DNA of 64,000 nucleotides from Gammaproteobacteria bacterium (GTDB lineage: Bacteria > Pseudomonadota > Gammaproteobacteria > Eutrophobiales > Eutrophobiaceae). Positions 11,589 to 21,235 of this stretch are shown piece by piece. Both the position numbers and the translations under genes were made by a program. Within the stretch, counting starts at the first letter, position 1, and the number at the start of each line of letters is the position of its first letter. The stretch covers positions 526,407-590,406 of the forward strand of contig OZ253477.1 of the NCBI GenBank assembly GCA_965261775.1, read 5' to 3'. The notes below the pieces were generated by a model. The model worked only from the letters and a program-made list of their open reading frames with translations. It was not told where the DNA came from and searched no databases.

Positions 11589-12185
11589 CTATTCTGTTTC
11601 AATGGAGACTGTTCTGACGTAAGATGAAATACCGTGAATACCACCATTACTCCGGTGTTCATTGTAATTCACCAAATAATGGTTAGGCGGCTGTTTCAAT
11701 ATTGAAGGCGGTGCGTTCAACCGTACGGGCGTAGAGACTAGCAAGGTATCGGACGAACTGGAAACTGTCGGAAAATCGGCAACCTCAGATTGGACAGGTT
11801 CAAACACCTTCTCAACATCACCTGTGGCAACAACAGGATCAGGAGTGGTGTTTACGGGGATGTTTTCTTTTTGTATGCCAAGTACGGCGAACATCACCAC
11901 GGAAGCAGCGATAGCAAAACCCGCGAGCGGTTTCAGCCAGACAGCTTTTTGCTTTCGAGGCATAAACGGGACAGGTTCATTTTGCAACCTGTCACGTACC
12001 GCCACGGAGATATCGCCCACCCTGCTGTCGGGCGTATACCCCCGCAAACAGTCTCCGATAAGATGATAACGCGACCAAATATTACGCAGGGACGCATCTT
12101 CCAGGAGTTCATCAATAATAATCTCATTAGCAACGACTTCCTCGCCGTCCATTAACATGGAAATTTTTTCACGTCTATTATTCAT
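11589..12185 (-). CDS. rseA: Anti-sigma-E factor RseA/MucA
   Basis: EKISMLMDGE, WSRYHLIGDCLRG, TM helix AIAASV. Confidence 0.92.
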   Translation of the reverse strand: MNNRREKISMLMDGEEVVANEIIIDELLEDASLRNIWSRYHLIGDCLRGYTPDSRVGDISVAVRDRLQNEPVPFMPRKQKAVWLKPLAGFAIAASVVMFAVLGIQKENIPVNTTPDPVVATGDVEKVFEPVQSEVADFPTVSSSSDTLLVSTPVRLNAPPSILKQPPNHYLVNYNEHRSNGGIHGISSYVRTVSIETE

Positions 12186-12199
12186 AGTGTTTTATTGTT

Positions 12200-12778
12200 T
12201 CATTTCTCCAATAAAAATTTTATTTCAACATCAATTGCTTCACGGGCACGAAAAATCCTTGATCTCACAGTGCCAATAGGACATTCCATTACTGTTGCAA
12301 TCTCTTCATAACTCAAACCTTCCACTTCCCGTAACATGATTGCCGAATACAGTTCATCAGGCAGATTTTTAATTGTCTTTAATATGATATCCTGCAACTC
12401 GTCTTTCATTAACAGGTTTTCGGGGGTGGCCTGCTCCCTTAGAGCACTACTTCTGTTGATTTGTTCAACTTCAGACACATCAAGTTCACTTCCCGCCGAC
12501 CGTCTTGCCTGGGACACCAGATAATTTTTCGCCGTGTTCACCGCGATCCGGTACAGCCAGGTATAGAACGCGCTCTCACCTCGAAAATTGGGCAGGGCAC
12601 GATACGCCTTGATAAAGGTGTCCTGCGCGACATCCTGTGCATCGCTGTGATTCTTAACAAAACGAAATACCAGATTAATAATACGCTGCTGGTATTTCAG
12701 AACAAGCAAATCATAAGCCATTTTGTTTCCGTTCTTAACCTGTTCAATCAACACCTTGTCCGTAATATTATCGGCCAT
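12200..12778 (-). CDS. rpoE: ECF sigma factor RpoE/AlgU
   Basis: FRGESAFYTWLYRIAVNTAKN; CPIGTVRSRIFRAR. Confidence 0.97.
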   Translation of the reverse strand: MADNITDKVLIEQVKNGNKMAYDLLVLKYQQRIINLVFRFVKNHSDAQDVAQDTFIKAYRALPNFRGESAFYTWLYRIAVNTAKNYLVSQARRSAGSELDVSEVEQINRSSALREQATPENLLMKDELQDIILKTIKNLPDELYSAIMLREVEGLSYEEIATVMECPIGTVRSRIFRAREAIDVEIKFLLEK

Positions 12779-13121
12779 ATCGTCCGTTGTTCCTGCGCGT
12801 TATTGTTTTTTCTGCCGAAATCTGAAAATGGTCCGAATTTTCCCGCCTATTGCAGTATGTCGCTATCCTAAATCAGGATTATAAAGGCGGATTCAATTTA
12901 AATTTATTTTTAATTTTAAATATATAGTTATAGAATGGGGATTGCCGTCAAAATACGGTCTGTCCCGTTTTAGTTGCCAACCGCCCTTCTTGCAACGCCA
13001 TCCCCTGCTCACAGCACCGACATCTTTCATGGTGATCATGCACAATTGCGAATAACAAACCCAAAATCCTTCCCTTCATGAAATATTCGGGATAAGAAGT
13101 GGATATACTACTTGAAACAAG

Positions 13122-14756
13122 ATGTATCACCAAACAGAATATGACGTATTAATTATTGGTAGCGGTGCGGCGGGTCTCAGTCTGGCGCTTAAACTGGCCG
13201 ACCATGGCCGCGTGGCTGTTTTATCCAAAGAACGCTTGACTGAAAGTGCCACGTTTTATGCCCAGGGTGGCGTCTCGGTGGTGCTGGATGAGCGGGACTC
13301 AATTGAATCGCATGTTGAAGACACTTTGGTGGCCGGTGCCGGTCTGTGCAACCCTGCCATCGTTCAACTTGTCGTGGAACATGCCCATGAAAGCATTGAA
13401 TGGCTGGTCGCCCAGGGCGTTAATTTCACACGTTTGGACGATGACAGAAAAAACGGCTTCCATCTCCATCGGGAAGGGGGGCATAGCCATCGGCGCATTA
13501 TTCACGCTGCCGACGCGACCGGCATGGTCATTGAAACCACTTTGGAGACATGCGTCCGACAACATCCGAACATTGATTTATTTGAATACCATATCGCTAT
13601 TGATTTGATCACATCACGCCACTTGTCGGAAGCGGATAATCGTTGTTACGGCGCTTACGCCCTGGATCTCAATAATAAAAAGGTCACCGTTTTCAAGGCG
13701 AGCAAAACGGTATTGGCGACAGGTGGCGCCGGCAAGGTCTATCTCTATACCAGCAACCCGGATGCCTGTACCGGCGATGGGATTGCCATGGCTTGGCGCG
13801 CGGGCTGTCGTATCGCCAATATGGAGTTTATTCAGTTTCATCCCACCTGCCTGTATCACCCCGAGGCAAAATCGTTTCTCATCTCTGAATCCCTGCGTGG
13901 AGAAGGGGCACGATTAATCCTGAACAACGGCGAGGAATTTATGCAACGCCATGATGCACGCGCCGAACTGGCGCCCAGAGACATTGTCGCAAGAGCCATT
14001 GATCAGGAAATGAAACAACACGGGCATGACTGTGTTTATTTGGATATTTCCCATAAAAAAAAGGCGTTTATCGCACACCATTTCCCTACAATAAATCGGC
14101 GCTGTCTCGACCTCGGCATTGATATTTCCAAAGAGCCCATCCCGGTCGTGCCCGCCGCACACTATATTTGTGGCGGAGTGGTTATCAATCGGAAAGGCCG
14201 GACAGATATTGCCGGGCTGTACGCGATTGGCGAAGTGAGCTGTTCCGGTCTGCATGGCGCCAATCGAATGGCCAGCAATTCCCTGCTGGAATGTATCGTT
14301 TTCGCCCACGCCGCCTATCAAGATATACGACAAACCCTGACTGCCGATGAAAAACCTAAAACCCTGCCCGACTGGGATGAGAGTCGCGTGACGGATTCCG
14401 ATGAAGAAGTCATGGTAAGCCATAACTGGGACGAAATCCGCCGCTTCATGTGGAATTATGTCGGGATTGTACGCACGGACAAAAGATTGCAACGCGCCCA
14501 AAACCGCGTTGAATTATTACAATCGGAAATTACCGACTACTACAGAAACTTCAGAGTCAGCAAGGATCTGATAGAGCTTCGTAATCTGGCTATCGTGGCA
14601 GAACTGATTGTCACATCGGCGTTGCGTCGCAAGGAAAGTCGCGGTCTGCATTACACGACCGACTATCCCGCGCAGGATAAAAGTGGGCATATACGTAATA
14701 CTGTTTTAAAACCTGAATTATCCAGCGGCAATCATATCAAGGAGCGTAAACCATAA
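13122..14756 (+). CDS. nadB: L-aspartate oxidase
   Basis: [42 protein letters not shown]; divergent from rpoE. Confidence 0.97.
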   Translation: MYHQTEYDVLIIGSGAAGLSLALKLADHGRVAVLSKERLTESATFYAQGGVSVVLDERDSIESHVEDTLVAGAGLCNPAIVQLVVEHAHESIEWLVAQGVNFTRLDDDRKNGFHLHREGGHSHRRIIHAADATGMVIETTLETCVRQHPNIDLFEYHIAIDLITSRHLSEADNRCYGAYALDLNNKKVTVFKASKTVLATGGAGKVYLYTSNPDACTGDGIAMAWRAGCRIANMEFIQFHPTCLYHPEAKSFLISESLRGEGARLILNNGEEFMQRHDARAELAPRDIVARAIDQEMKQHGHDCVYLDISHKKKAFIAHHFPTINRRCLDLGIDISKEPIPVVPAAHYICGGVVINRKGRTDIAGLYAIGEVSCSGLHGANRMASNSLLECIVFAHAAYQDIRQTLTADEKPKTLPDWDESRVTDSDEEVMVSHNWDEIRRFMWNYVGIVRTDKRLQRAQNRVELLQSEITDYYRNFRVSKDLIELRNLAIVAELIVTSALRRKESRGLHYTTDYPAQDKSGHIRNTVLKPELSSGNHIKERKP

Positions 14757-14797
14757 TAATATATCTGCATATGGCGAAAATTCAGGGAATTATATAC

Positions 14798-15541
14798 TTA
14801 AGTACGCAAGCCTTTGCTACAGATATCCGTTACCGTTCGGCTCCGGCGGCTTTGATTAACATATTCCACTGCGTCGGCCTGGCCTTCAATTGCCGCTTTC
14901 ATTAACGCTGTTTCAGCAGTCTTCTTCTTTGCTTCAGTTTTATAATAATCAATAGAGATCTGAACGTTAATTAGTATCCATTTCAGTCCGCGACGTGCTA
15001 ACTGAATCTGAAGTTCTTCTTCTGGTGATTCTCCATAAGACACATATATAGAGAATCGGCTATCTGAATCAAAGCTAAAGTTGGTTGCTTCTAATGAATC
15101 CAGGTTCTTGACACTATTATTGGCACCGTTTACTAATTCATCCTTATAATCTTCATCTAACAGCTTACTTGATTCTTCTTCCAATGGTTGATCCGACGTC
15201 AACTTAATCAGACCTGGTGGAGTAATATAACTGTCTATCAAATGATTCATAATTTCTGATATGAAGTTTACTGCCAGAGACTCAAATCCTTCTGCTAATA
15301 AATCATTATTAGAATCTGCAGAATCAGAGAAATGGATTTCTATCAACTCTCGGGACTGGCTCTTAAGATTCTCTCGCAGAATAGGAAAGTCTATATTTCG
15401 GGATAATTTTTCCGTATCTTTTTGTTCTATACCGGATTTAATCGCATACATTGTTATAAAAGGGCCGCTTACTAAATAGCCTAATAATAATGCTAAACAA
15501 ATTGCTACAAAAGCATAAGCCGTTTTGTTAGTCGTCTTCAT
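14798..15541 (-). CDS. DUF2939-like exported protein, AT-rich, with a C-terminal ankyrin-like fragment
   Basis: TM helix then GPFIT...KDTEKLSRNIDFPILRENLKSQ; ATGA overlap with orf5 stop. Confidence 0.65.
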   Translation of the reverse strand: MKTTNKTAYAFVAICLALLLGYLVSGPFITMYAIKSGIEQKDTEKLSRNIDFPILRENLKSQSRELIEIHFSDSADSNNDLLAEGFESLAVNFISEIMNHLIDSYITPPGLIKLTSDQPLEEESSKLLDEDYKDELVNGANNSVKNLDSLEATNFSFDSDSRFSIYVSYGESPEEELQIQLARRGLKWILINVQISIDYYKTEAKKKTAETALMKAAIEGQADAVEYVNQSRRSRTVTDICSKGLRT

Positions 15542-16458
15542 CTTTTTTGCCCTCTTTTTTCGGATATGTGTTTCAGAAAGGAATCTACCAGCAACGCGGC
15601 GATATTGAAATCAACAACCTGTTGCAGGCCATACCAGGCGGGGATACTGTTGACCTCAATAATGTAATATTGTTTTTCCTTATCCCGTATCAGATCGACG
15701 CCAGCATAATCAATCTTCAATATCCGACAGGCAGTTTCAGCCAGGAGGACAATTTCATCATCCAGTTTAAATAACCTGCATTCTGCGCCCTGTGCCCGGT
15801 TGGTCAACCAATTGCTGCTGTGCCTTTGCATGGCGGCCACTGCTGTGCCGTCAATGACAAGGATACGAATATCAGTGTAAGGTTTATCTTCTCTTTCGAT
15901 AAATCGCTGCAGATAGTAGACACCGGCGAATTTTCCATCGTGGATCAGGCCGCTACCGTCATCCAGCAAATGCATACCCACCCCCTGTGAACCGAACAAA
16001 GGCTTTAATACTGTCTTGTGTCCCTTGGCGGATTCGGATAACACAATATCATTTGCCTGCTCCATAGATTCGCAGATCCAGGTGAGTGGCGTCGGCAAAC
16101 CAGCACGCTTCAACAACAGGCTAGTCAGCGGCTTGTCAACAGTGCGTTCAATCGCACGTGATGAGTTATAAACGACAACCCCCATATCGTGTAGAGCATG
16201 CAGGATATCCAGGCGAAAGATAAGCTGTTCAAGTGTGCCACCGGAAAACCCCCTGACAAAAACGCCCGGCGGCGGCTGTTCAAATCCGGGGATTATCAGG
16301 TCATTACCAGCCCCGTTTACAGCGATCATACAGTCCGACAGTGATACACAGATGCCGGTGATTCCATGCCTTGCAAACGCCTCACTCAACTGATGCCCAT
16401 GCCAACCCGGATCATCGGTAATAATGGCAAGCTGTCGCGGCATTCCCGGCACAGTCAT
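15538..16458 (-). CDS. RimK-family ATP-grasp glutamate ligase (Orf5 of H4MPT/methanofuran clusters)
   Basis: GGTLEQLIFRLDILHAL, AIERTVDK, KPLFGSQG, YAGVD, EVNSIPAW; follows mch. Confidence 0.88.
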   Translation of the reverse strand: MTVPGMPRQLAIITDDPGWHGHQLSEAFARHGITGICVSLSDCMIAVNGAGNDLIIPGFEQPPPGVFVRGFSGGTLEQLIFRLDILHALHDMGVVVYNSSRAIERTVDKPLTSLLLKRAGLPTPLTWICESMEQANDIVLSESAKGHKTVLKPLFGSQGVGMHLLDDGSGLIHDGKFAGVYYLQRFIEREDKPYTDIRILVIDGTAVAAMQRHSSNWLTNRAQGAECRLFKLDDEIVLLAETACRILKIDYAGVDLIRDKEKQYYIIEVNSIPAWYGLQQVVDFNIAALLVDSFLKHISEKRGQKR

Positions 16459-16528
16459 GGCGTCCTCCGACTATATCGAAAGGACGGCAATTTAATTTTC
16501 GCAAAGAAACCACATAATGGTAACCAGA

Positions 16529-17503
16529 TTAACTGAACGATTGCTTCAATAAATCAAGAGCGATTTTACCGGCGTAAAAGGTATGCCCCGTGTCCAATGA
16601 GGTCACGGCAACTTTGGCCGGGCTGAATAACATGGGATCAATTTTATAAAAATCATAATCGACTTCTTTAAATATCTGCGCGAAAGGCTTACCATAATCC
16701 GCCGAAGCGCTGCTAGGCAGTTTGTTTGCCAGTTCTTCCGCTTCATCATCGTTTCCGTTGATAAACAGTTGTACCTTCCCGGCAAACAGAATCGCGTCGT
16801 TGCTACGACCCATCGCCGTCAGAAAGTCTGCAGACGGTGGGCATATCGGCGCCGTTCCCGCGCCGTCAATGATTTTTTCCAGTGGAAAATGCAGGGCATG
16901 CGCCTTGTGCAGGGCAGTTTCAAGTACGCGCGCGACCACCTGCACCGAACCGGCCAGACTTGATATCGGGGTCAGGATAATAGTCAATGCCGAGGGGGGA
17001 ATGCCACATTTCCCTGAGATCTTGTCGCTTATCTCAACCGGCGGAAATTTATCGACCTCAATCACAATACATGCTGACCCTGCCTTGTCCCGGTAACCCA
17101 GATCCTCGTAAAGCGTTTCACTGCTGCCCATCGCCCTCGCCGGACCTGAACCCAATGCATTAAAAGCGCCCTTGCCTTCCCCAGCCTGTAGATGCCAACC
17201 GGCATATTGGCTGCCGAGACAGGACAGTACTGGATTGCTGCTGTGCACATCCAGATGCCACAGGCAGGGGGGGAAATCGCCTTCAGCGCGCAGATTGGCC
17301 CGCCCAAGCCCGCCCATACAAATCTCGGCGATCAGACGCCCGGCTTCCAGCCCCCCGGGTACGTTGATTCCGGCGTCGATCACGCGGCAACCGTTATCCA
17401 GTTCCGAAACTGCTAATCTCAAGGGCACCGCCTGTTCAACTAGCCGCTCAAGCAGTGGTTTGACAAGTTGATTGATTCCGGGTAATGCTGTTTTTTTATC
17501 CAT
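16529..17503 (-). CDS. mch: Methenyl-tetrahydromethanopterin cyclohydrolase
   Basis: [49 protein letters not shown]. Confidence 0.97.
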   Translation of the reverse strand: MDKKTALPGINQLVKPLLERLVEQAVPLRLAVSELDNGCRVIDAGINVPGGLEAGRLIAEICMGGLGRANLRAEGDFPPCLWHLDVHSSNPVLSCLGSQYAGWHLQAGEGKGAFNALGSGPARAMGSSETLYEDLGYRDKAGSACIVIEVDKFPPVEISDKISGKCGIPPSALTIILTPISSLAGSVQVVARVLETALHKAHALHFPLEKIIDGAGTAPICPPSADFLTAMGRSNDAILFAGKVQLFINGNDDEAEELANKLPSSASADYGKPFAQIFKEVDYDFYKIDPMLFSPAKVAVTSLDTGHTFYAGKIALDLLKQSFS

Positions 17504-17551
17504 TCATTATTTACTCCGCTTTTATTGTTATCTGGTGTGGTGAGGCGGAGA

Positions 17552-18667
17552 TCATTTTAACATTAATATCGCCGACTTGATTTCGCGCAGACGCTCATGC
17601 AATACCATTTTAGTCATATCTACCGTATCTGCCGCCACAAACACGGAGCAGACCGGCTGACCGGCCGGTATTTCCTGTCCGGCTTCCGGTCTGTCCCGCA
17701 CCCACGCCGGCCAGATAATATCAGCGTGAATGTAGATATCTTCCCGCAAATATAAAATCGCGTAACCTTGATGAAACGATGCTCTGTTTTGCGTAAAGCC
17801 CGCCCCACCTGTTTCAAAACAAGCGATATGTTCGGCAAACAAAGATCCGCCATGTTCGTGCAGTTCAAAACCGGCCGGCGGCCTCGGGTTGATTTCCAAT
17901 ACGACGATCTCATCCGCCCCGGTTTTAATAAAGTCCACGCCAAACAACCCACGTAAACCCGTATCGGCGGCAATGGTCTTCACGATCCTTTTTACTTCAT
18001 CAAAGATCGGTGTACTGATATCGAATGTCCCAATGGCACCCTGGTAAAGAAACGGAGATTTGCTGAATTGATCGGTATGCAACTGATGATTGAATCCAAT
18101 AATGTCAGTCCCCTTGCTGTCGGCAAGCGCAACCGCGCTCATGGCTTCGCCTTCAACATATTCCTGATAATAGTAATCCAGCCCGGCTTTACCACCCGCC
18201 TGCTCCAACCATCGCACGTGTCCTCCGCCCTCTCCCCCTATCCGTTTGATCAGAAAATGCTCATTGCATTTATCCGACGATAAAAAAGTAGCCGGATAAG
18301 GAATGTGATTATCCGACAATAACTCTTGTAGCCGCCCAGGATCTTTAAGACGCCGGATCGTGTCGGGGTGATTTGAAATCAGCGACATTGATTGTGCCAG
18401 TTTTTCCAGCTGATTCGGATTCGCTTCAAAACCGGAGCCAATCACAACGCCCGTATCAGGACACTCAACGGTCATCCGTCCGACAGCTTCCAGTAATTCA
18501 GCTTCGTCAAAACCACCGTAGTGATATGTCAACTTACAAGATAAAAGGACATCGCGTTGCGTATCAAGATCGGCAAAACAATCAATACTGCAAATCTGGT
18601 ATCCCGCCCGTTTTGCAGAGGCCGCCAAAGCTCTGGCAGAAAGGGAAACCACAATGTAATGCGGCAT
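17552..18667 (-). CDS. ATP-grasp protein (OrfY of H4MPT clusters)
   Basis: SARALAASAKRAG, DCFADLD, GLFGVDF, LEINPRP; lies between mtdB and mch. Confidence 0.82.
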   Translation of the reverse strand: MPHYIVVSLSARALAASAKRAGYQICSIDCFADLDTQRDVLLSCKLTYHYGGFDEAELLEAVGRMTVECPDTGVVIGSGFEANPNQLEKLAQSMSLISNHPDTIRRLKDPGRLQELLSDNHIPYPATFLSSDKCNEHFLIKRIGGEGGGHVRWLEQAGGKAGLDYYYQEYVEGEAMSAVALADSKGTDIIGFNHQLHTDQFSKSPFLYQGAIGTFDISTPIFDEVKRIVKTIAADTGLRGLFGVDFIKTGADEIVVLEINPRPPAGFELHEHGGSLFAEHIACFETGGAGFTQNRASFHQGYAILYLREDIYIHADIIWPAWVRDRPEAGQEIPAGQPVCSVFVAADTVDMTKMVLHERLREIKSAILMLK

Positions 18668-18718
18668 AAATCACGCCAATCCAATAGAACAACAATCGGA
18701 CAACAAGGGTGGCTGACT

Positions 18719-19630
18719 CTATCCCTCCGCGGAAATAAATTGCTTTGCTACCTCAAAGGCTTGCAAATGGTCAAGATATACCGGCGTATCGGAGTTTTTC
18801 ATCATTTCAAACATCCTGAAATGTACTTTGTATTTAATATCGCCGATGGCAAGTGCGCCGATACCCAGCACTTTTTTTGGGGTACCACTCAATTCAACCC
18901 CCATATCACCGACCCCGACACCTTCAATACCGGCCGGTGGCACCGCATTACAATCGGCGACAACCAGCAACCTCGCCGCCTGTTCTAGCTGTTTTCGGGA
19001 TACAGTTTGAATGCCGGCCTTTGCCGCGTTAATAACAACCTGAGATTCGCCTAAAAACGCCATGACTTTGTCAGATGTACTGCTGTCCTCTCCACGCATT
19101 TCAACATTGAAACGGGTATTATATTCAGCAGCATATTCCGCCGCGACCATGGCCCCGCGACGACTGCTTAAATAAACCTCGGCACCGGAACCGGCCGCTA
19201 GAATACCGGCACAGACACCGACTGGACCGGTGCCGCCAATAATATCCACGCGTTTTCCCGACAGGGTTTCACCCGTTTTTTCTTTTAATTGGGCCTCTAT
19301 ACAGGCTATTAGAGCCGCCGCTGTCGTAATGGCACCGCTTGGATCGGCAAACACCGAAACTTCAAACGGGGGCACCATCGCAGACCTGGCACGCTTTAAC
19401 ATATCAATTGCTAATCCGAATTCCCGTCCGCCTATAAAAATGCCGGTGCGCTTAACACCTTTTTTACCGCGTGAGAAGATTGTATCCTGGGTTAAAGCAT
19501 GGATATCATCCAACGTTACTTCCGAGTAAGGAATGACGCCGTCAAACTCCGCCTCATAGGCCATATTCACATCAAACGGGCTGATATTTTTGGTTGGGTT
19601 AAACATATGTAACAAATAAGGATCTTTCAT
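18719..19630 (-). CDS. mtdB: NAD(P)-dependent methylene-H4MPT dehydrogenase, MtdB type
   Basis: LHMF..SPFDVNMA, QDTIFSR, MVPPFEVSVFADPSGA, GGTGPVG, D.NAVPP. Confidence 0.92.
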   Translation of the reverse strand: MKDPYLLHMFNPTKNISPFDVNMAYEAEFDGVIPYSEVTLDDIHALTQDTIFSRGKKGVKRTGIFIGGREFGLAIDMLKRARSAMVPPFEVSVFADPSGAITTAAALIACIEAQLKEKTGETLSGKRVDIIGGTGPVGVCAGILAAGSGAEVYLSSRRGAMVAAEYAAEYNTRFNVEMRGEDSSTSDKVMAFLGESQVVINAAKAGIQTVSRKQLEQAARLLVVADCNAVPPAGIEGVGVGDMGVELSGTPKKVLGIGALAIGDIKYKVHFRMFEMMKNSDTPVYLDHLQAFEVAKQFISAEG

Positions 19631-19648
19631 AATGATTATTTTTCCGCT

Positions 19649-20680
19649 TTAGTTTAAAGGTTTGATTTTCAGATTTTCATCCTGCGTTTCCGCCCCGATA
19701 TCACTCGCCGATATCCGCGCAGCAGTATTACACCCGCGGCCTACCACGAAACGCAATGCCTGTCGGGAACGCCACGTATGTCGCACTTTTCTCAACGCCG
19801 CCGAGGCTACTTTCTCATCGGCAAAGATGGCGAAACCAGTCGGTCCCCAAGAACTTTGCCCCACGCCCGTCGCCCCTGTATCGGTTAATTCGTCCAGTAT
19901 GGATTTCAAATGGGCGGAAGCATAACTCTGTTTTTGTATCGGCGAAAAGTAATCGCCCATAATATTCTGTATTTCGGTGATTGCCATGCCAAAACGTTCA
20001 CAATCATTTTCACATATGGCCGGTAAAACCTGCATCAGGGTTAACCGGCTCAGTAAACCCGACATTGATTCTGACATAGGCGCCAGAGTATCAAAGGCAT
20101 GTTGCTCCGGTGCACCGTTGATGCCTTCCGTTTCATCATCCAGAATCAGAATCATTCGCCAATTTTCGGGAAAAGGCAAACGGCTGATAATGGGGGGGAT
20201 CTCGGTGCGCTCTCCCCTGCCCCCGTCAATGACAAACCCGCCCCACATAAAAGTACCGATACCGACACCCGAACGCGCACCCCGATGCAAAATGACCGCT
20301 AACCGCACGGGGTTTTGCTCGCTCAAACCATAAAGTCTGGCAATGGCAACGGCGATAGACAGGGAAAGCCGGGTGCCCGAACCGAGGCCGATATGTTCAG
20401 GAACGGCTGAATGGATCGACACCTTCACGCCGCCCTCAATACCAAAATGCGACAGTATCCGTTCAGCATAACGGCGTCCCCGCTCAGCGGACGGGCCGCT
20501 GACTTCAATATCAGCGGCACGCTCAGCGGACAATACTGTTTCAATAGGCGAAATGGACAGACCCAGACTCCCGAATTTTCTGCCAAACCCACCGTGCATA
20601 TCCAGAAACCCCAGATGCAATCGCGCTGGCACGCTCACACTGATGCAGCGGGGATTGTTCATTGGCTGATTAGTTTTCAT
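19649..20680 (-). CDS. mptG: Beta-ribofuranosylaminobenzene 5'-phosphate synthase (GHMP family)
   Basis: PARLHLGFLD, PEHIGLGSGT, RGARSGVG, GGFVIDGG, GQSSWGPT. Confidence 0.92.
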   Translation of the reverse strand: MKTNQPMNNPRCISVSVPARLHLGFLDMHGGFGRKFGSLGLSISPIETVLSAERAADIEVSGPSAERGRRYAERILSHFGIEGGVKVSIHSAVPEHIGLGSGTRLSLSIAVAIARLYGLSEQNPVRLAVILHRGARSGVGIGTFMWGGFVIDGGRGERTEIPPIISRLPFPENWRMILILDDETEGINGAPEQHAFDTLAPMSESMSGLLSRLTLMQVLPAICENDCERFGMAITEIQNIMGDYFSPIQKQSYASAHLKSILDELTDTGATGVGQSSWGPTGFAIFADEKVASAALRKVRHTWRSRQALRFVVGRGCNTAARISASDIGAETQDENLKIKPLN

Positions 20681-20821
20681 TTATTCGGAGGGTATCATCG
20701 GCACTGCTTTTACAGGGAATGACGGATCATACTTTACATTGGCACCCGAAGATAGTCGGAAGTGGCAACTGCCTAAAATTATTTGTTTCCGTAATAGTCG
20801 CCGCTATAATAAACAACCATT

Positions 20822-21187
20822 ATGATTGCAAAATCCAAACAAAACGCTGTAGAAAGAATGATCCTTATCCCCGGACGTTCAAGTAAACAGGGAACATCTC
20901 TCAATAAGGGCAAACTGAAAGAAGAATATATCCGGGTAACGTCAACCTTGGAAATGAATATGGATGACATGAAAAGGCTTAAACTGTCTGATGGCGATGA
21001 GGTACGATTAAAGAATGGTATTGGGAGCACTGTGGTCCGCTGCCTCGGCAAAAAACCGGAAGATCTCCCGGCCGGCACCCTTTTCATCGCTTACGGACCA
21101 CCCTCCAGTGAACTGATGGCAAGCGATACTGCGGGAAGCGGTATGCCATTATCAAAACATATTGAAGTTGAAATTGAGAAACTCTGA
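20822..21187 (+). CDS. fwdD: Formylmethanofuran dehydrogenase subunit D-like (molybdopterin dinucleotide-binding domain); start may be 20858
   Basis: LIPGRSSKQG, MNMDDMKRL, FIAYGP, T.GSGMP..K; directly upstream of subunit B. Confidence 0.85.
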   Translation: MIAKSKQNAVERMILIPGRSSKQGTSLNKGKLKEEYIRVTSTLEMNMDDMKRLKLSDGDEVRLKNGIGSTVVRCLGKKPEDLPAGTLFIAYGPPSSELMASDTAGSGMPLSKHIEVEIEKL

Positions 21188-21235
21188 AAAAAACCACATA
21201 CTGAACAGTCTTGTTCATAAGGGAGGAATTCTGTA

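Noticed and set aside
12779-13121. Sigma-E autoregulatory promoter upstream of rpoE
   Set aside because: No clear GAACTT-16-TCxxA on the minus strand; only an AT-rich tract
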